From: Spirochaetia bacterium
Lineage (GTDB): Bacteria > Spirochaetota > Spirochaetia > UBA9216
Assembly (NCBI GenBank): GCA_963675665.1
Contig: OY776510.1
Coordinates: 4,128,001-4,192,000, forward strand
Reading direction: 5' to 3'
DNA length: 64,000 nt
The number at the start of each line of letters is the position of its first letter. Within the stretch, counting starts at the first letter, position 1. Shown one piece after another: positions 10,726-20,843 of the stretch. The notes beneath the pieces were generated by a model. The model made no database searches. It saw only the letters and a list, made by a program, of their open reading frames with translations, and was not told where the DNA came from. Both the position numbers and the translations under genes were made by a program.

Positions 10726-11891
10726 AAATAGAGGCCAAGCGCCTGCTTTCGGAAGTTTCGTACCTTCACGTTATCAGTTTCAAAATCAAGATCACCGTCA
10801 TACAGCAGCAAGCCGGCGCCCTGCGGGTTCGAGAGCTTTCTGAAATACCTGATGCCCCTGATAAAATCTTCCCTGAAGGTCCTCGCCGATTTAATTTCTA
10901 CCGGTGTATAGGAAACGCCGGGAATAAGCAGATCCACTTCATTGCCGTGGTGGTCCCTGAAAAAATACAGGTTCGGATCGCTTCCTTTATTCAGCCTTTC
11001 TTTATAAATATCCGCAATTATCATGTTCTCAAAAAGGCTGCCGAATACGGGGTCGCGCTCCAGTTGTTCAGCCGTTTCGATACCCAACAGATAAATCGCC
11101 AGACCTACCTCCGTAAAATAAATTTTCGGCGATTTCGTTAATCTTTTTCCATAATTATTAAAGAAAGGAGGAAGCCTGAATACAATAAAGGAAGCTTCAA
11201 GGACGCTTAGCCATTTTTTCAGCTGCGGGGCGCTTATCCCAACCTGGTTCGCAATGCTGTTGTAGTTGATTTCCTGCCCTGCTCTGGCTGCAAGCAGCTT
11301 CATGAATAGCTCAAAAGCCTGTTGATTCTCTATAGCCATCAGTTTTCGAACATCGCGCTCAATATAGGTCTGAAAATAATCACGGTAAAATCTTCCGGGC
11401 CTGATATTCTGATCATGAAGCCTGGGCATAAACCCCCTCAATAACAACTCACTCCTGTCCTTTTGAATATACGCCGGGCCCAGCTCGCTGAACGAGAAAG
11501 AAAGCAGCGTCAGCATAGCAGTACGGCCTGCCAGCGATTGTGTGATTGCTTCTTTTAACTTCAACTGATGACTTCCGGTCAATATAAATTGTGCCTTCAA
11601 CCGGGGAGAATTATCAGTAGCCACCTGTATCCATGACAGAAGTTCCGGCACGTTCTGGATTTCGTCAATAATAACCGGCGTCGGATACATTTTCAGAAAA
11701 CTCTTAGGATCATTCAAAGCCAGGGTCCGCAACTCCGGATTCTCAAGATTTGCATATCTGTATTCGGGAAAACACATTTTTGCGAGCGTGGTCTTTCCCG
11801 ATTGCCGCGGTCCCGTGATTGTAATTACCGGATATTCCTTTGCTGTTTGAAGCAACTCTGCTTCTATATTCCTTTTCAACATATTGGACAA
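10719..11891 (-). CDS. AAA_14 ATPase with DUF4143 C-terminal domain
   Basis: GPRQSGKTT, IIDEIQ, LTGS, SLAGR, KSPKIYF, FENM and EVD..VEIKS (PD-(D/E)XK-like) motifs. Confidence 0.92.
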   Translation of the reverse strand: MSNMLKRNIEAELLQTAKEYPVITITGPRQSGKTTLAKMCFPEYRYANLENPELRTLALNDPKSFLKMYPTPVIIDEIQNVPELLSWIQVATDNSPRLKAQFILTGSHQLKLKEAITQSLAGRTAMLTLLSFSFSELGPAYIQKDRSELLLRGFMPRLHDQNIRPGRFYRDYFQTYIERDVRKLMAIENQQAFELFMKLLAARAGQEINYNSIANQVGISAPQLKKWLSVLEASFIVFRLPPFFNNYGKRLTKSPKIYFTEVGLAIYLLGIETAEQLERDPVFGSLFENMIIADIYKERLNKGSDPNLYFFRDHHGNEVDLLIPGVSYTPVEIKSARTFREDFIRGIRYFRKLSNPQGAGLLLYDGDLDFETDNVKVRNFRKQALGLYFQ

Positions 11892-11980
11892 TTATAAACT
11901 CAGAGTTTAGATTTGTCCAGATTTAGTAAGCCGAAATTTGATACTATCTTACTCTTTGTACTATCCACAAAATTTTCAAA

Positions 11981-12667
11981 TCACAAAAGGCTCTTCGTTT
12001 CATATTCTTTATTTAACTTCCTAAAATAGTCCTGTAAAATCAGGCGGATCGCATTTTTCTCATTTCCACTATTTCTTTGACTATTCAAATCAAGCGCACG
12101 ATTGAATTCTCTGCTTGCATTTGCATAAGCATCTTCAATAACCGCAGTCTCACTTTCCTGCATTATAGATAACCAATAGATACCGTTAAAAAAACATCTT
12201 GTAACGTCATCATCTTTACCTTGCCAATTATAACTATTAAAAAGGCTTACAAAATGCGATATCATCTCATTCTCGGAATTAATTTTTGCTTCTACAATCA
12301 ACATACTCTTTTCTAATATTATCAAATCATTTTTGATGTCATCGGAGGCTCTGGAATAATCAGCCTGAAGTGTTATTACCGCACTCTCTATTCCAGTGAA
12401 GATTGAGCCCATCTTTGAATCAACTCTTTCAAAATAAGGCTCAATATCTTTGACCTTATCTTCAATATTTATGGTTCTAGTATTTATATTGCTTACAGTA
12501 CGATTAAACTGATTCTTAAGAAACTCATTTTGTTCTTCAAGCTTTTCATTTTGCTCTTCTAATCTTGTTATAATATTTGAATAATCGCTTAAATCTTTGT
12601 ACTTGTTATAAGCGGTAAATCCTAATTGCAAAAAAAGGCATAGAATTGAAACACATATAATAGCCAC
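11981..12667 (-). CDS. AT-rich membrane-anchored coiled-coil hypothetical protein, possibly 5'-truncated
   Basis: TM segment then heptads (EEQNEKLEEQNEFL); visibly lower GC than the flanks; the frame stays open upstream (TIAGIFLTVKYIELKRK) without an ATG. Confidence 0.6.
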   Translation of the reverse strand: MAIICVSILCLFLQLGFTAYNKYKDLSDYSNIITRLEEQNEKLEEQNEFLKNQFNRTVSNINTRTINIEDKVKDIEPYFERVDSKMGSIFTGIESAVITLQADYSRASDDIKNDLIILEKSMLIVEAKINSENEMISHFVSLFNSYNWQGKDDDVTRCFFNGIYWLSIMQESETAVIEDAYANASREFNRALDLNSQRNSGNEKNAIRLILQDYFRKLNKEYETKSLL

Positions 12668-12714
12668 CTTTCTCTTTAGTTCTATATATTTTACAGTAAG
12701 AAAAATACCAGCTA

Positions 12715-13398
12715 TTGTTTATTCTGTCTTATGAAACCGACAACAACGGTGTTTTTAAGGCTTACGGCAAAGAAATAGCTGAGCCACTATCGACAGGACC
12801 TGATTACGGAGTTAAAGGCATGCTGCTGAAAATTTCTCCGGACGGAGAAACTGCAGGCGAACATATTGTTCTTTCAAATTCCTCCTTTCTTCTTGATAAA
12901 CTGAGCTACTTTGCCGTGCCGAACATGAGAAATGAAGCGCTGCTGCTTCACAACCTGACCCGGGAGCGAACGGACAATCCAGGGTACCAACTATACAAGG
13001 TCTCAGTAGATACCGGAAAAATCATAACTGAAAGCGATTTTTTTGAAGGCGAGACTGCCGACAGCAGGGTAATCCCGTCCGGCGAAAACTTCCTCATTGC
13101 AGTTTCCTCCATTGAAAACGGCAGCCCGGTTCTCCGGATCTTTGATAACTGCCTGCATGAGATAAAAGCAATCGAATGTATTGCGCCCTTGTCTTTGGGC
13201 CCGCTGCTCTTCTCAAAAGGCGACGGATTCCGCCTCTTTTTTCTGCAGGACGGCGAAGTCTGGTCGCTTGATTCAAACATGGTTCCCCGAATTGAGCTTT
13301 CATCGAAATATCAACAAGCGGTTTTTTTTCAGAATAAGGGACCCAAACTGCTTCTTTATCGCGATGATAACATAGAAATATTTCCTCTTCTGCGTTAA
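12715..13398 (+). pseudogene. Probable 5'-truncated beta-rich hypothetical protein
   Basis: TTG start without RBS; in-frame TAA at 12697; begins with mid-domain-looking sequence and no signal peptide. Confidence 0.4.
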
Positions 13399-13410
13399 AC
13401 TTCATCTGCA

Positions 13411-14817
13411 ATGATTAAACTTTTATTCACTACAGAATACAACAGGACACAAAAGGATTACGGACTTGAGCTGACGGAAAATGAAAACGCCTGGTCTGCT
13501 TTTTCTGACGGAATGATGGAACTCTGGCCGGACCTGAAACTGCCATCTCCCGGCAGCCTTTCGTTTTCCCGGAGTGAAGAGAATATCACGCTGCATTGTA
13601 AAAAACCTTTAACAATAAACGGAGTTTCGGTTACCGACAGGACACTGAAACAGGGCGACCGCATTATTATCGGTCCGCTCAGAATATTCTATAACTCAAC
13701 TGAAACCGAAACAGAAGCGCCGGTTGCCGCCGCAAGTCCTTCCGTTTTGCCTGATTTCGGTATTCGCCGGGTTAAGCTGCTCCCCGCTGCAATAATAACC
13801 GGCGCTATAGTAGCGGCCGTTATTGCAGGCTGCGTAACCATTCCGAGGGGGAAAACCGCCATGGAAAGCCCTGACAAAGGACTCAGGGAAACTGCAGCAG
13901 CTGTATCAGCGGAACAGATACCGGCGCCGGCGGATGTCCCGGAAAGAGGTTCCGAAAAAAATATTGTAATACCTCCGGGCGGAACAGTGCCTGATTTTGA
14001 CCTCGACATTCTTTTTATTCATGCGCACCCGGACGACGAATCGCTTGATTTCGGCTGCCTGATGGCGCTGGCTGATGCCAAAGGGCTGAAAACCGGGCTC
14101 GTAACCTTCACGGACGGCGAGTCGGGACTCGACCTGTACCCTCTCAGACCGATAACAAACAATTATTCTGATCATTACATGGAAGGCGCCGAACTGGCAT
14201 CAGTCCGTTCGGTTGAACTTAAAAAAGCTGCCGGAATGCTCGGCGTGGACGTTCTTATCCGCCTCGGGCTGAAAAATCATCCGTATAACAGTATCGAGGA
14301 CGAGCTGACCACGGAAGATATTATCGACATCTGGGGCGGTGAAATCCGGTTGTCTGAAAAACTTCGAATGATAATGAATAAAACTTCACCAGAAACTGTC
14401 GTCGCTCCCGAAGGCCCCGGGAAAGCACGCGAACATTTTGAGCATGAAGCAGTGGGCTACATTGTGTCGATGGTGATGTCCGGATTCAGGCAGGAAGACT
14501 CCCATGCGCCCAAAAGGTTCATAACCAGTATTGATCCGAGACAGCGTGAATTATATCCGGAAGCTTCGAAGCTTGATGCCGGAATCATCACAGAAAACAC
14601 AGCAAAAAGCGGGAAGGTATCACTCAGACAAGTGCAGCTGTCGGCTCTGATACAGCATAAAACGCAAAACGATGCGGTAAACGTCGGCGCCGGTTTTCTT
14701 CCTGAATTCGATTATGAATATTATCAGATTCACTACTGGCGGACAAATAATACATGGAACGAATGGATCGCGGAACTTGATAAAACGGATAACAGGCTGG
14801 CGCAGACTACGCGGTAA
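13411..14817 (+). CDS. Membrane protein with degenerate FHA-like N-domain, TM helix and PIG-L/LmbE-family de-N-acetylase
   Basis: INGVSV...LKQGDRIIIG (FHA C-half), TM, then HAHPDDE, TDGE, RxxE, HFEH and HKTQ motifs. Confidence 0.85.
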   Translation: MIKLLFTTEYNRTQKDYGLELTENENAWSAFSDGMMELWPDLKLPSPGSLSFSRSEENITLHCKKPLTINGVSVTDRTLKQGDRIIIGPLRIFYNSTETETEAPVAAASPSVLPDFGIRRVKLLPAAIITGAIVAAVIAGCVTIPRGKTAMESPDKGLRETAAAVSAEQIPAPADVPERGSEKNIVIPPGGTVPDFDLDILFIHAHPDDESLDFGCLMALADAKGLKTGLVTFTDGESGLDLYPLRPITNNYSDHYMEGAELASVRSVELKKAAGMLGVDVLIRLGLKNHPYNSIEDELTTEDIIDIWGGEIRLSEKLRMIMNKTSPETVVAPEGPGKAREHFEHEAVGYIVSMVMSGFRQEDSHAPKRFITSIDPRQRELYPEASKLDAGIITENTAKSGKVSLRQVQLSALIQHKTQNDAVNVGAGFLPEFDYEYYQIHYWRTNNTWNEWIAELDKTDNRLAQTTR

Positions 14818-14897
14818 TTTAGCGTAACCGCCCCTTGCTAAAACCCTGATAACAGGTACAATATACTTGCAGATGACATTTCAAACCGGAGGCTCTC

Positions 14898-16190
14898 ATG
14901 CGTATTTTCAACAGATATTTTACCATTGCCCTAATCATAATTGCCGCCGTTTTTCTTTCATCCTGCCGTTCGCAATATATCGGATGGGGTGTTTTATATG
15001 TAGAAAACCCGGAAAACAATCTGGCTGCCGGAACCGTCCTTCCTGTTCTCCAGGAATCTGAAATCCGTGACGTTTATACAATTGAAGCCGCCGGCAAAGC
15101 CGCCGGAATCGATATCAGCCGCTGGAAAATATCTTTTCATGATAAAGAAACTGAAGCCGAAACATTTGCGGAAAACTATAAACAATGGACCGACATGTTT
15201 GCCGTGACCCTGCTTAACGGTTTATCTATCAGGGAAAACCCCGACGGCGAAGCAGAGAGGATTTACAAGCTTCGGGAAGGCCAGGTAGTAAAGATAATCG
15301 GCCGTGACAACGGCATGGTCAACATCGCCGATCATGACGGCTACTGGTATCTCGTACTTACTGAAGACGGAACATCGGGGTACTGTTTTGATAAAAACCT
15401 GAGAGTTTATGATTCAAAAGAAAGCAGCGCCGGAGCCTCAAATGTGCTGGATGCCGATCTTCTTCAGACTTTTCTCGACAGGGCGTTCAGGCCCGAATCT
15501 TTTAAGGAAATGATTCGCGAGAATTCGATTGACCTGTCAAAATTCAGAACAACCCACGGTATTTTTGCATACCCGGAAGAAAAAAAGGTTGTTCTTTCAA
15601 CCAGCGAACACCAGACTGTATTCGACTATACGGAAATTACGCAAAACAACAGCGGCAGGTTCATTTTTGAAGGTTCATCCCTTCAGGTTGAGATTCGCGG
15701 AGAAAACACAATTGCTGTTTATTATAATTACAACAGTAAGGAATATGCTGAAGTAATGGTTTATATCAGCAATATGGAAGAGCTGATAGAGGCCGAGCTT
15801 GAACGTCGCGATTTACTTTTTCAACAAATCGAAGAACTCGGCAGTGTTTCAAGCAGCGCATACGGCAGGATATCATTTGAGCAGGATAAAAAATTTACCT
15901 GGCAGAGCTATAAGCGACTGATTCCCAATGTTATTCCGGAAAACGCCGGAGAAAAAGGAAAGCTTTCGCTTAATTACTTTCCCGGCATTTCACTCAGAAA
16001 TGATTACGACGGTGTATTGTCTTTCGCTTTTGATAATATTCCCGGCGGCGGACTTGTTAATTTCCTGTTTGAATTATCCGATCTGGGGATCAAACTTGTT
16101 TATGTTCCGCAGTCTGATATAAAAAAAGGCAAGGTAGAACAGGAAAGCGCTTCTCCTCTGGTCATTTTCATGTCCGGCGCGGGGGAATAG
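14898..16190 (+). CDS. SH3-domain lipoprotein
   Basis: FLSSC lipobox; LSIRENPD...IYKLREGQVVKI...WYLVLTEDGTSGYCF (bacterial SH3). Confidence 0.85.
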   Translation: MRIFNRYFTIALIIIAAVFLSSCRSQYIGWGVLYVENPENNLAAGTVLPVLQESEIRDVYTIEAAGKAAGIDISRWKISFHDKETEAETFAENYKQWTDMFAVTLLNGLSIRENPDGEAERIYKLREGQVVKIIGRDNGMVNIADHDGYWYLVLTEDGTSGYCFDKNLRVYDSKESSAGASNVLDADLLQTFLDRAFRPESFKEMIRENSIDLSKFRTTHGIFAYPEEKKVVLSTSEHQTVFDYTEITQNNSGRFIFEGSSLQVEIRGENTIAVYYNYNSKEYAEVMVYISNMEELIEAELERRDLLFQQIEELGSVSSSAYGRISFEQDKKFTWQSYKRLIPNVIPENAGEKGKLSLNYFPGISLRNDYDGVLSFAFDNIPGGGLVNFLFELSDLGIKLVYVPQSDIKKGKVEQESASPLVIFMSGAGE

Positions 16191-16207
16191 GAGCTTCGTT
16201 TATAACA

Positions 16208-18160
16208 ATGGCATTTGTACAGCTAAATAATATTTCACTCAGCTTCGGGGACCGCCGAATTATTGAAAACGTCAATCTGAATATTTCTCATAACAGCAAA
16301 ACGGCCCTTTCCGGCGGGAACGGAAGCGGAAAATCGACGCTGATGAAGATAATTGCCGGTCTGAGCCCATCCGACAGCGGTGAAATCATAAAGGATAAGT
16401 TGTCGCGTGTTGCATATCTGCCCCAGTCGGGTATAATCCTCAGCGGAAAAAAACTGATTGAAGATGCGGAAAGCGCTTATGATTATATTATTCCCGTTAT
16501 AAAGGAAAAAGAAAGCGTAGAGCATGAGCTTTCAGAATCCAGGGAAGATTCCGGCGGAACGGAAACCAGGCTTGAACGTCTGCACGAACTGCAGGAGCAT
16601 ATAACCGAAAGCGGCTATTATTCCAGACGTGAAAATGCGGCAATTATTCTTACAGGCCTCGGGTTTTCCCAAACAGACCTGAACCGTACAACCGATGAGT
16701 TTTCGGGAGGCTGGCAGATGCGTATTGCCCTTGCCCGCCTGCTGCTGTCAAAACCCGATATAATGCTTCTCGACGAACCGACAAACTACCTGGACATTGA
16801 GGCGCGCAACTGGCTTGAAGATTACCTGAATGCATACAGCGGAGGCTTTATTGTTGTTTCACACGATCGATATTTTCTTGATTCTACGGTAAATGAGGTG
16901 GCTGAGCTGTTCAACGGCAAACTGAAAATATACAAAGGTAATTTTACAGCCTATGAAAAGCGGCGCGAGATAGAGCTTCAACAGCTGTTAAAAGATTACA
17001 GCCGCCAGCAGGAAGAAATAGCCAAAACCGAAGAATTTATCAACAGGTTCAGATACAAGGAATCCAAAGCCAGGCAGGTCCAGAGCCGTATAAAACAGCT
17101 TGAAAAAATTGAAAAAATTGTTCTGCCGGAAAACATGAAAAAGATTCATTTTCATTTTCCACAGCCGCCGCATTCGGGAAAACAGGTCCTGAAGATCAGC
17201 AACCTTTACAAGGCCTATGGAGATCTCAGAGTTATAAACAATCTTGAACTACAGCTTGAGGCCGGCGAGAAACTGGTAATTGCAGGCAAAAACGGCGCAG
17301 GTAAATCAACCCTGATGAGGATTGTCGCCGGCATTGATTCGGAATTTTCCGGAGAAATAATATACGGAAGCGGCGTTTCCGCAGGATACTTTTCACAGGA
17401 TGTCGATAATGCACTCACGCCCGGCCTGAACGTCCTTCAGGAGATGGAATCTGCGGCGCCTACTCATCTGATACCTGATCTGCGTGGAATGCTCGGAGCG
17501 TTTCTGTTTCGCGGAGACGATATCTTCAAAACAACCGACATCCTCAGCGGAGGCGAAAAAAACCGTCTGGCGCTGCTGAAACTGCTTCTGCATCCTTCGA
17601 ACCTTTTAATCCTCGATGAACCGACGAACCATCTTGATCTCCAGTCCAAGGATGTTCTGCTTGAAGCGCTGAAAAACTATAACGGAACACTTATTTTCGT
17701 CTCGCATGACAGGTATTTTATAGAACGTCTTGCAACAAAGGTCCTTGAAATAGAAGACGGCAGCCACCGGCTGTTTCCGGGTGATTATGAATATTATCTC
17801 TGGCGCAGGGAACAGGAAGCTCTCGGTGAAACAGACTATACTCCGGCTGCAGTTTTAAAAACATCTGAAACAGAAATTATTTCTGCCGGGAAGCTGAGTC
17901 ATCAGGAAGAAAAACGAGTTAAAAACAGGCTTCGGAAAATCGAACGTGAAGAAGAGGATATAATTGCGAGGGTGGAAATACTTGAGGCAGAAGCAGAGGA
18001 ACTGGAAAAAAGACTGCATGATCCGGATATTTACTCATCCGCACAGAAAGCCCGGGAAGTGCAGCAGGCAATAAAGGAGAAAGAAACTCTGCAGGCGGAA
18101 CTTCTTGAACAATGGGAAACACTTGAAGCCGAAAAATCAGAATTGGAGATCGGGTACTGA
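16208..18160 (+). CDS. ABC-F family ATPase
   Basis: Two NBDs (GNGSGKST/FSGGW/LDEPTN and GKNGAGKST/LSGGE/LDEPTN), no TM segments, C-terminal coiled coil. Confidence 0.95.
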   Translation: MAFVQLNNISLSFGDRRIIENVNLNISHNSKTALSGGNGSGKSTLMKIIAGLSPSDSGEIIKDKLSRVAYLPQSGIILSGKKLIEDAESAYDYIIPVIKEKESVEHELSESREDSGGTETRLERLHELQEHITESGYYSRRENAAIILTGLGFSQTDLNRTTDEFSGGWQMRIALARLLLSKPDIMLLDEPTNYLDIEARNWLEDYLNAYSGGFIVVSHDRYFLDSTVNEVAELFNGKLKIYKGNFTAYEKRREIELQQLLKDYSRQQEEIAKTEEFINRFRYKESKARQVQSRIKQLEKIEKIVLPENMKKIHFHFPQPPHSGKQVLKISNLYKAYGDLRVINNLELQLEAGEKLVIAGKNGAGKSTLMRIVAGIDSEFSGEIIYGSGVSAGYFSQDVDNALTPGLNVLQEMESAAPTHLIPDLRGMLGAFLFRGDDIFKTTDILSGGEKNRLALLKLLLHPSNLLILDEPTNHLDLQSKDVLLEALKNYNGTLIFVSHDRYFIERLATKVLEIEDGSHRLFPGDYEYYLWRREQEALGETDYTPAAVLKTSETEIISAGKLSHQEEKRVKNRLRKIEREEEDIIARVEILEAEAEELEKRLHDPDIYSSAQKAREVQQAIKEKETLQAELLEQWETLEAEKSELEIGY

Positions 18161-18175
18161 TACCCGAAATTATAA

Positions 18176-19114
18176 ATGGAAATTTTAATTCATATACTTA
18201 CGCATAATCTTATTCCCATTTTTGTTATGATTGGAACAGGAATTCTGCTCGGCAGGAAATTCGACCTTCACATACAGACCTTAAGCAAACTTAATATTTA
18301 CGCTTTTATGCCTACTTTTACATTTGTGGCTATCTACACAAGCGATTTATCTGTAAATATAGGAACAACTCTGATTTTTCTCGCTGTCTATCTGCTGATC
18401 AACACTGCAATAGCATATACCGCAGCAGGAATAATGCGGATGAAAGGAAACAAAAAATACGTTCTGCTCAATTCCGTAATCATGTATAACACAGGGAACA
18501 TCGGGATTCCGTTAATCACTCTAATTTTTGCCGGAAGCCCTTACCTGAATCAGGCTCTGGTAATCCAGATTACGGTAATGCTCAGCCAGGTTGTGATAGG
18601 AAGCACCCTTGGATTCTACAACGCCGGAAGAGGCGCAATGCACTGGAAAGATTCCATCATCAGCGTTATAAAATTACCTACAATTTACGCAATTATTGCT
18701 GCTATTATTCTCAAAAAGTTTAACTATGATTTTACTCAAAATTTTGTATGGCCGGCATTTATTTATACAAAACAGGCAATGATAGGCTTTGTGCTGATTA
18801 CTCTTGGCGTACAGTTGTCCGCAACAAAACCCGGCAAGGGAGATTCGGAAGTTGCCGTTGTTGTAGCCCTGAGACTGCTTGCCGGTCCGGCCGCAGCATT
18901 TCTTCTTCTAAAGCTTGCAGGAATACAGGGGATTCTTGCCCAGGTACTGTTTATCTCGTCAGCCGCACCGACCGCCGTGACATCCGCTTTAATTTCGATT
19001 GAGCGTAATTGCGAGCCTGAATTTGCCGCAAAAGTTGTCATGTATTCAACCTTATTCTGCGCCCTGACGTTTATTTTTGTTGTATACTTTTCCAGAATAC
19101 TGTTTCCGGTCTAA
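18176..19114 (+). CDS. AEC (auxin efflux carrier / MleP) family transporter
   Basis: About 10 TM segments; NTGNIGIP and APTA motifs. Confidence 0.9.
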   Translation: MEILIHILTHNLIPIFVMIGTGILLGRKFDLHIQTLSKLNIYAFMPTFTFVAIYTSDLSVNIGTTLIFLAVYLLINTAIAYTAAGIMRMKGNKKYVLLNSVIMYNTGNIGIPLITLIFAGSPYLNQALVIQITVMLSQVVIGSTLGFYNAGRGAMHWKDSIISVIKLPTIYAIIAAIILKKFNYDFTQNFVWPAFIYTKQAMIGFVLITLGVQLSATKPGKGDSEVAVVVALRLLAGPAAAFLLLKLAGIQGILAQVLFISSAAPTAVTSALISIERNCEPEFAAKVVMYSTLFCALTFIFVVYFSRILFPV

Positions 19115-19254
19115 CTTTATTGGAGGATTGATAAAAAGTCAAAAAGTATGCAGTACTTTACATAACTTTTTATCATTTTGAAATTTCCAAACTTTGTTTG
19201 AAAACTTTATCACGCCGACCACCATCCATGGTGGAAGGTTTTACAGGAGGGATT

Positions 19255-20016
19255 TTGAAAACTTTTATATCATGGAATGTAAACGGCATCAGGGCAGCTG
19301 AAAAAAAGGGATTGTTCAACTGGATAGCCGAAAAAAATGCCGATTTCGTCTGTCTTCAGGAGACAAAAGCCCAAACGGAGCAGCTTGACGAAACATTTAC
19401 AGCCCCTGAAGGCTATAAATCATGGTTCGCGTCAGCCGAAAAAAAAGGATACAGCGGGGTTGTCACTTACGCAAAGGAAACGCCTCTTTCAGCAGCGACT
19501 CTGAATATAGATGAATTCGATGCTGAAGGGCGAAGCATAATACTTGAGTACCCTGAATATAAACTGATTAACTGTTACTTTCCGAACAGTCAGGAAGAGG
19601 GGAAACGTCTCGATTACAAAATAAGATTCTGTAACGCCGTCATGGACTACTGCGACAAAACCGTTTCGGAAGGGAAAAACATCATCCTTTGCGGAGATTA
19701 CAATGTTGCGCATAAGCCCATAGACCTGGCAAACCCCACACGCAACGAAAAGAATCCCGGTTATCTTCCGGAAGAACGCGCCTGGATGGACAAATTTACA
19801 GGAGCCGGTTATATCGATACATTCAGGAAGTTCTGTCCCGACCCCGACCGCTACAGCTGGTGGTCGTACCGGTTCAAGGCGCGTGATAAAAATGTCGGCT
19901 GGCGTATCGATTATTTCTGCGTAAATCCCGGCATAGAAGATAAACTTGAAAGCGCGGATATACTCGACCAGGTTATGGGCTCGGATCACTGCCCCGTCGA
20001 ACTGGTGCTGAAGTAG
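19255..20016 (+). CDS. xth: Exodeoxyribonuclease III
   Basis: SWNVNGIRA, LQETK, GYSGV, GDYN, WWSYR, RIDY and SDHCP motifs; TTG start at 19255 after AGGAGG. Confidence 0.95.
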   Translation: MKTFISWNVNGIRAAEKKGLFNWIAEKNADFVCLQETKAQTEQLDETFTAPEGYKSWFASAEKKGYSGVVTYAKETPLSAATLNIDEFDAEGRSIILEYPEYKLINCYFPNSQEEGKRLDYKIRFCNAVMDYCDKTVSEGKNIILCGDYNVAHKPIDLANPTRNEKNPGYLPEERAWMDKFTGAGYIDTFRKFCPDPDRYSWWSYRFKARDKNVGWRIDYFCVNPGIEDKLESADILDQVMGSDHCPVELVLK

Positions 20017-20022
20017 AGGTTT

Positions 20023-20259
20023 ATGAAGGTAACAAATAAAAACCTGGGCAAATTTATCGGGTTTCTAATCATCTTTGCCGTTGCAGGCACGCTTGCATGG
20101 GACCTTATAGAGGTGCTTCTGAATGCGGCAGGGCTTCCTGTCCGGCTTCATGCCGGTCCTGTAGGGTTTGATATCGATGTACTGTCTGTTTATATCTTCG
20201 TTAATCCCGGAACATTTCTCGGTGGAGCCGCCGGATGGTTTCTATTCAGGAAAATATGA
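20023..20259 (+). CDS. Small membrane protein (DUF4321-like)
   Basis: 78 aa with two hydrophobic segments; GAGG RBS; ATGA overlap with maf. Confidence 0.7.
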   Translation: MKVTNKNLGKFIGFLIIFAVAGTLAWDLIEVLLNAAGLPVRLHAGPVGFDIDVLSVYIFVNPGTFLGGAAGWFLFRKI

Positions 20260-20843
20260 ACGGGTTTATACTGGCGTCAGCATCACCCAGGAGACAGGAA
20301 ATTTTGTCCCGCATGGGTATCACCTTTACAGTCAGACCGCAGGATGTAGATGAAAACTTTGAAGGACTGCCTGCATCTGAAGAGGCTGTCAGAATAGCAG
20401 TAAAGAAAGTCAGCGCCTGTATTGATGATGGCTGCGGATCCGCCTGCTGGATTCTGGGCGCCGATACATTTATTGATTTCGATGGGGAGCTCATTGGCAA
20501 ACCGCAGAACCGTTCATCAGCCTTTGCTATGCTGGAACGCCTTTCCGGCCGCACACATTCTGTTATAACCGGCCTGGCGCTTAATGTTCCCGGCGAAAAT
20601 GAACCGAATATTGCAACCTCCTGGTGCAGAACAGATGTTACCTTTTCAATACTGGAAAATGATGAAATTGAATGGTATCTCGATACCGATGAATGGAAAG
20701 GAGCCGCGGCAGCCTACCGGATACAGGAAAAAGGAGCCTTCTTCGTTAACTCAATAACAGGCTCTTATTCAAATGTAATGGGGTTGCCAATTAATACATT
20801 TTATGGCATGCTCAGGGCGAATAATTATAACTTCCGAAACTGA
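20256..20843 (+). CDS. maf: Maf-family nucleotide pyrophosphatase
   Basis: LASASPRR, GADT, GKP, LSGRTH and NVMGLP motifs; ATG 20256. Confidence 0.93.
   Translation: MNGFILASASPRRQEILSRMGITFTVRPQDVDENFEGLPASEEAVRIAVKKVSACIDDGCGSACWILGADTFIDFDGELIGKPQNRSSAFAMLERLSGRTHSVITGLALNVPGENEPNIATSWCRTDVTFSILENDEIEWYLDTDEWKGAAAAYRIQEKGAFFVNSITGSYSNVMGLPINTFYGMLRANNYNFRN

Noticed and set aside
13395-13410. GTTAAAC as a possible integron attC core
   Set aside because: No inverse core or attC hairpin and no integrase; the spacer is only 12 nt.
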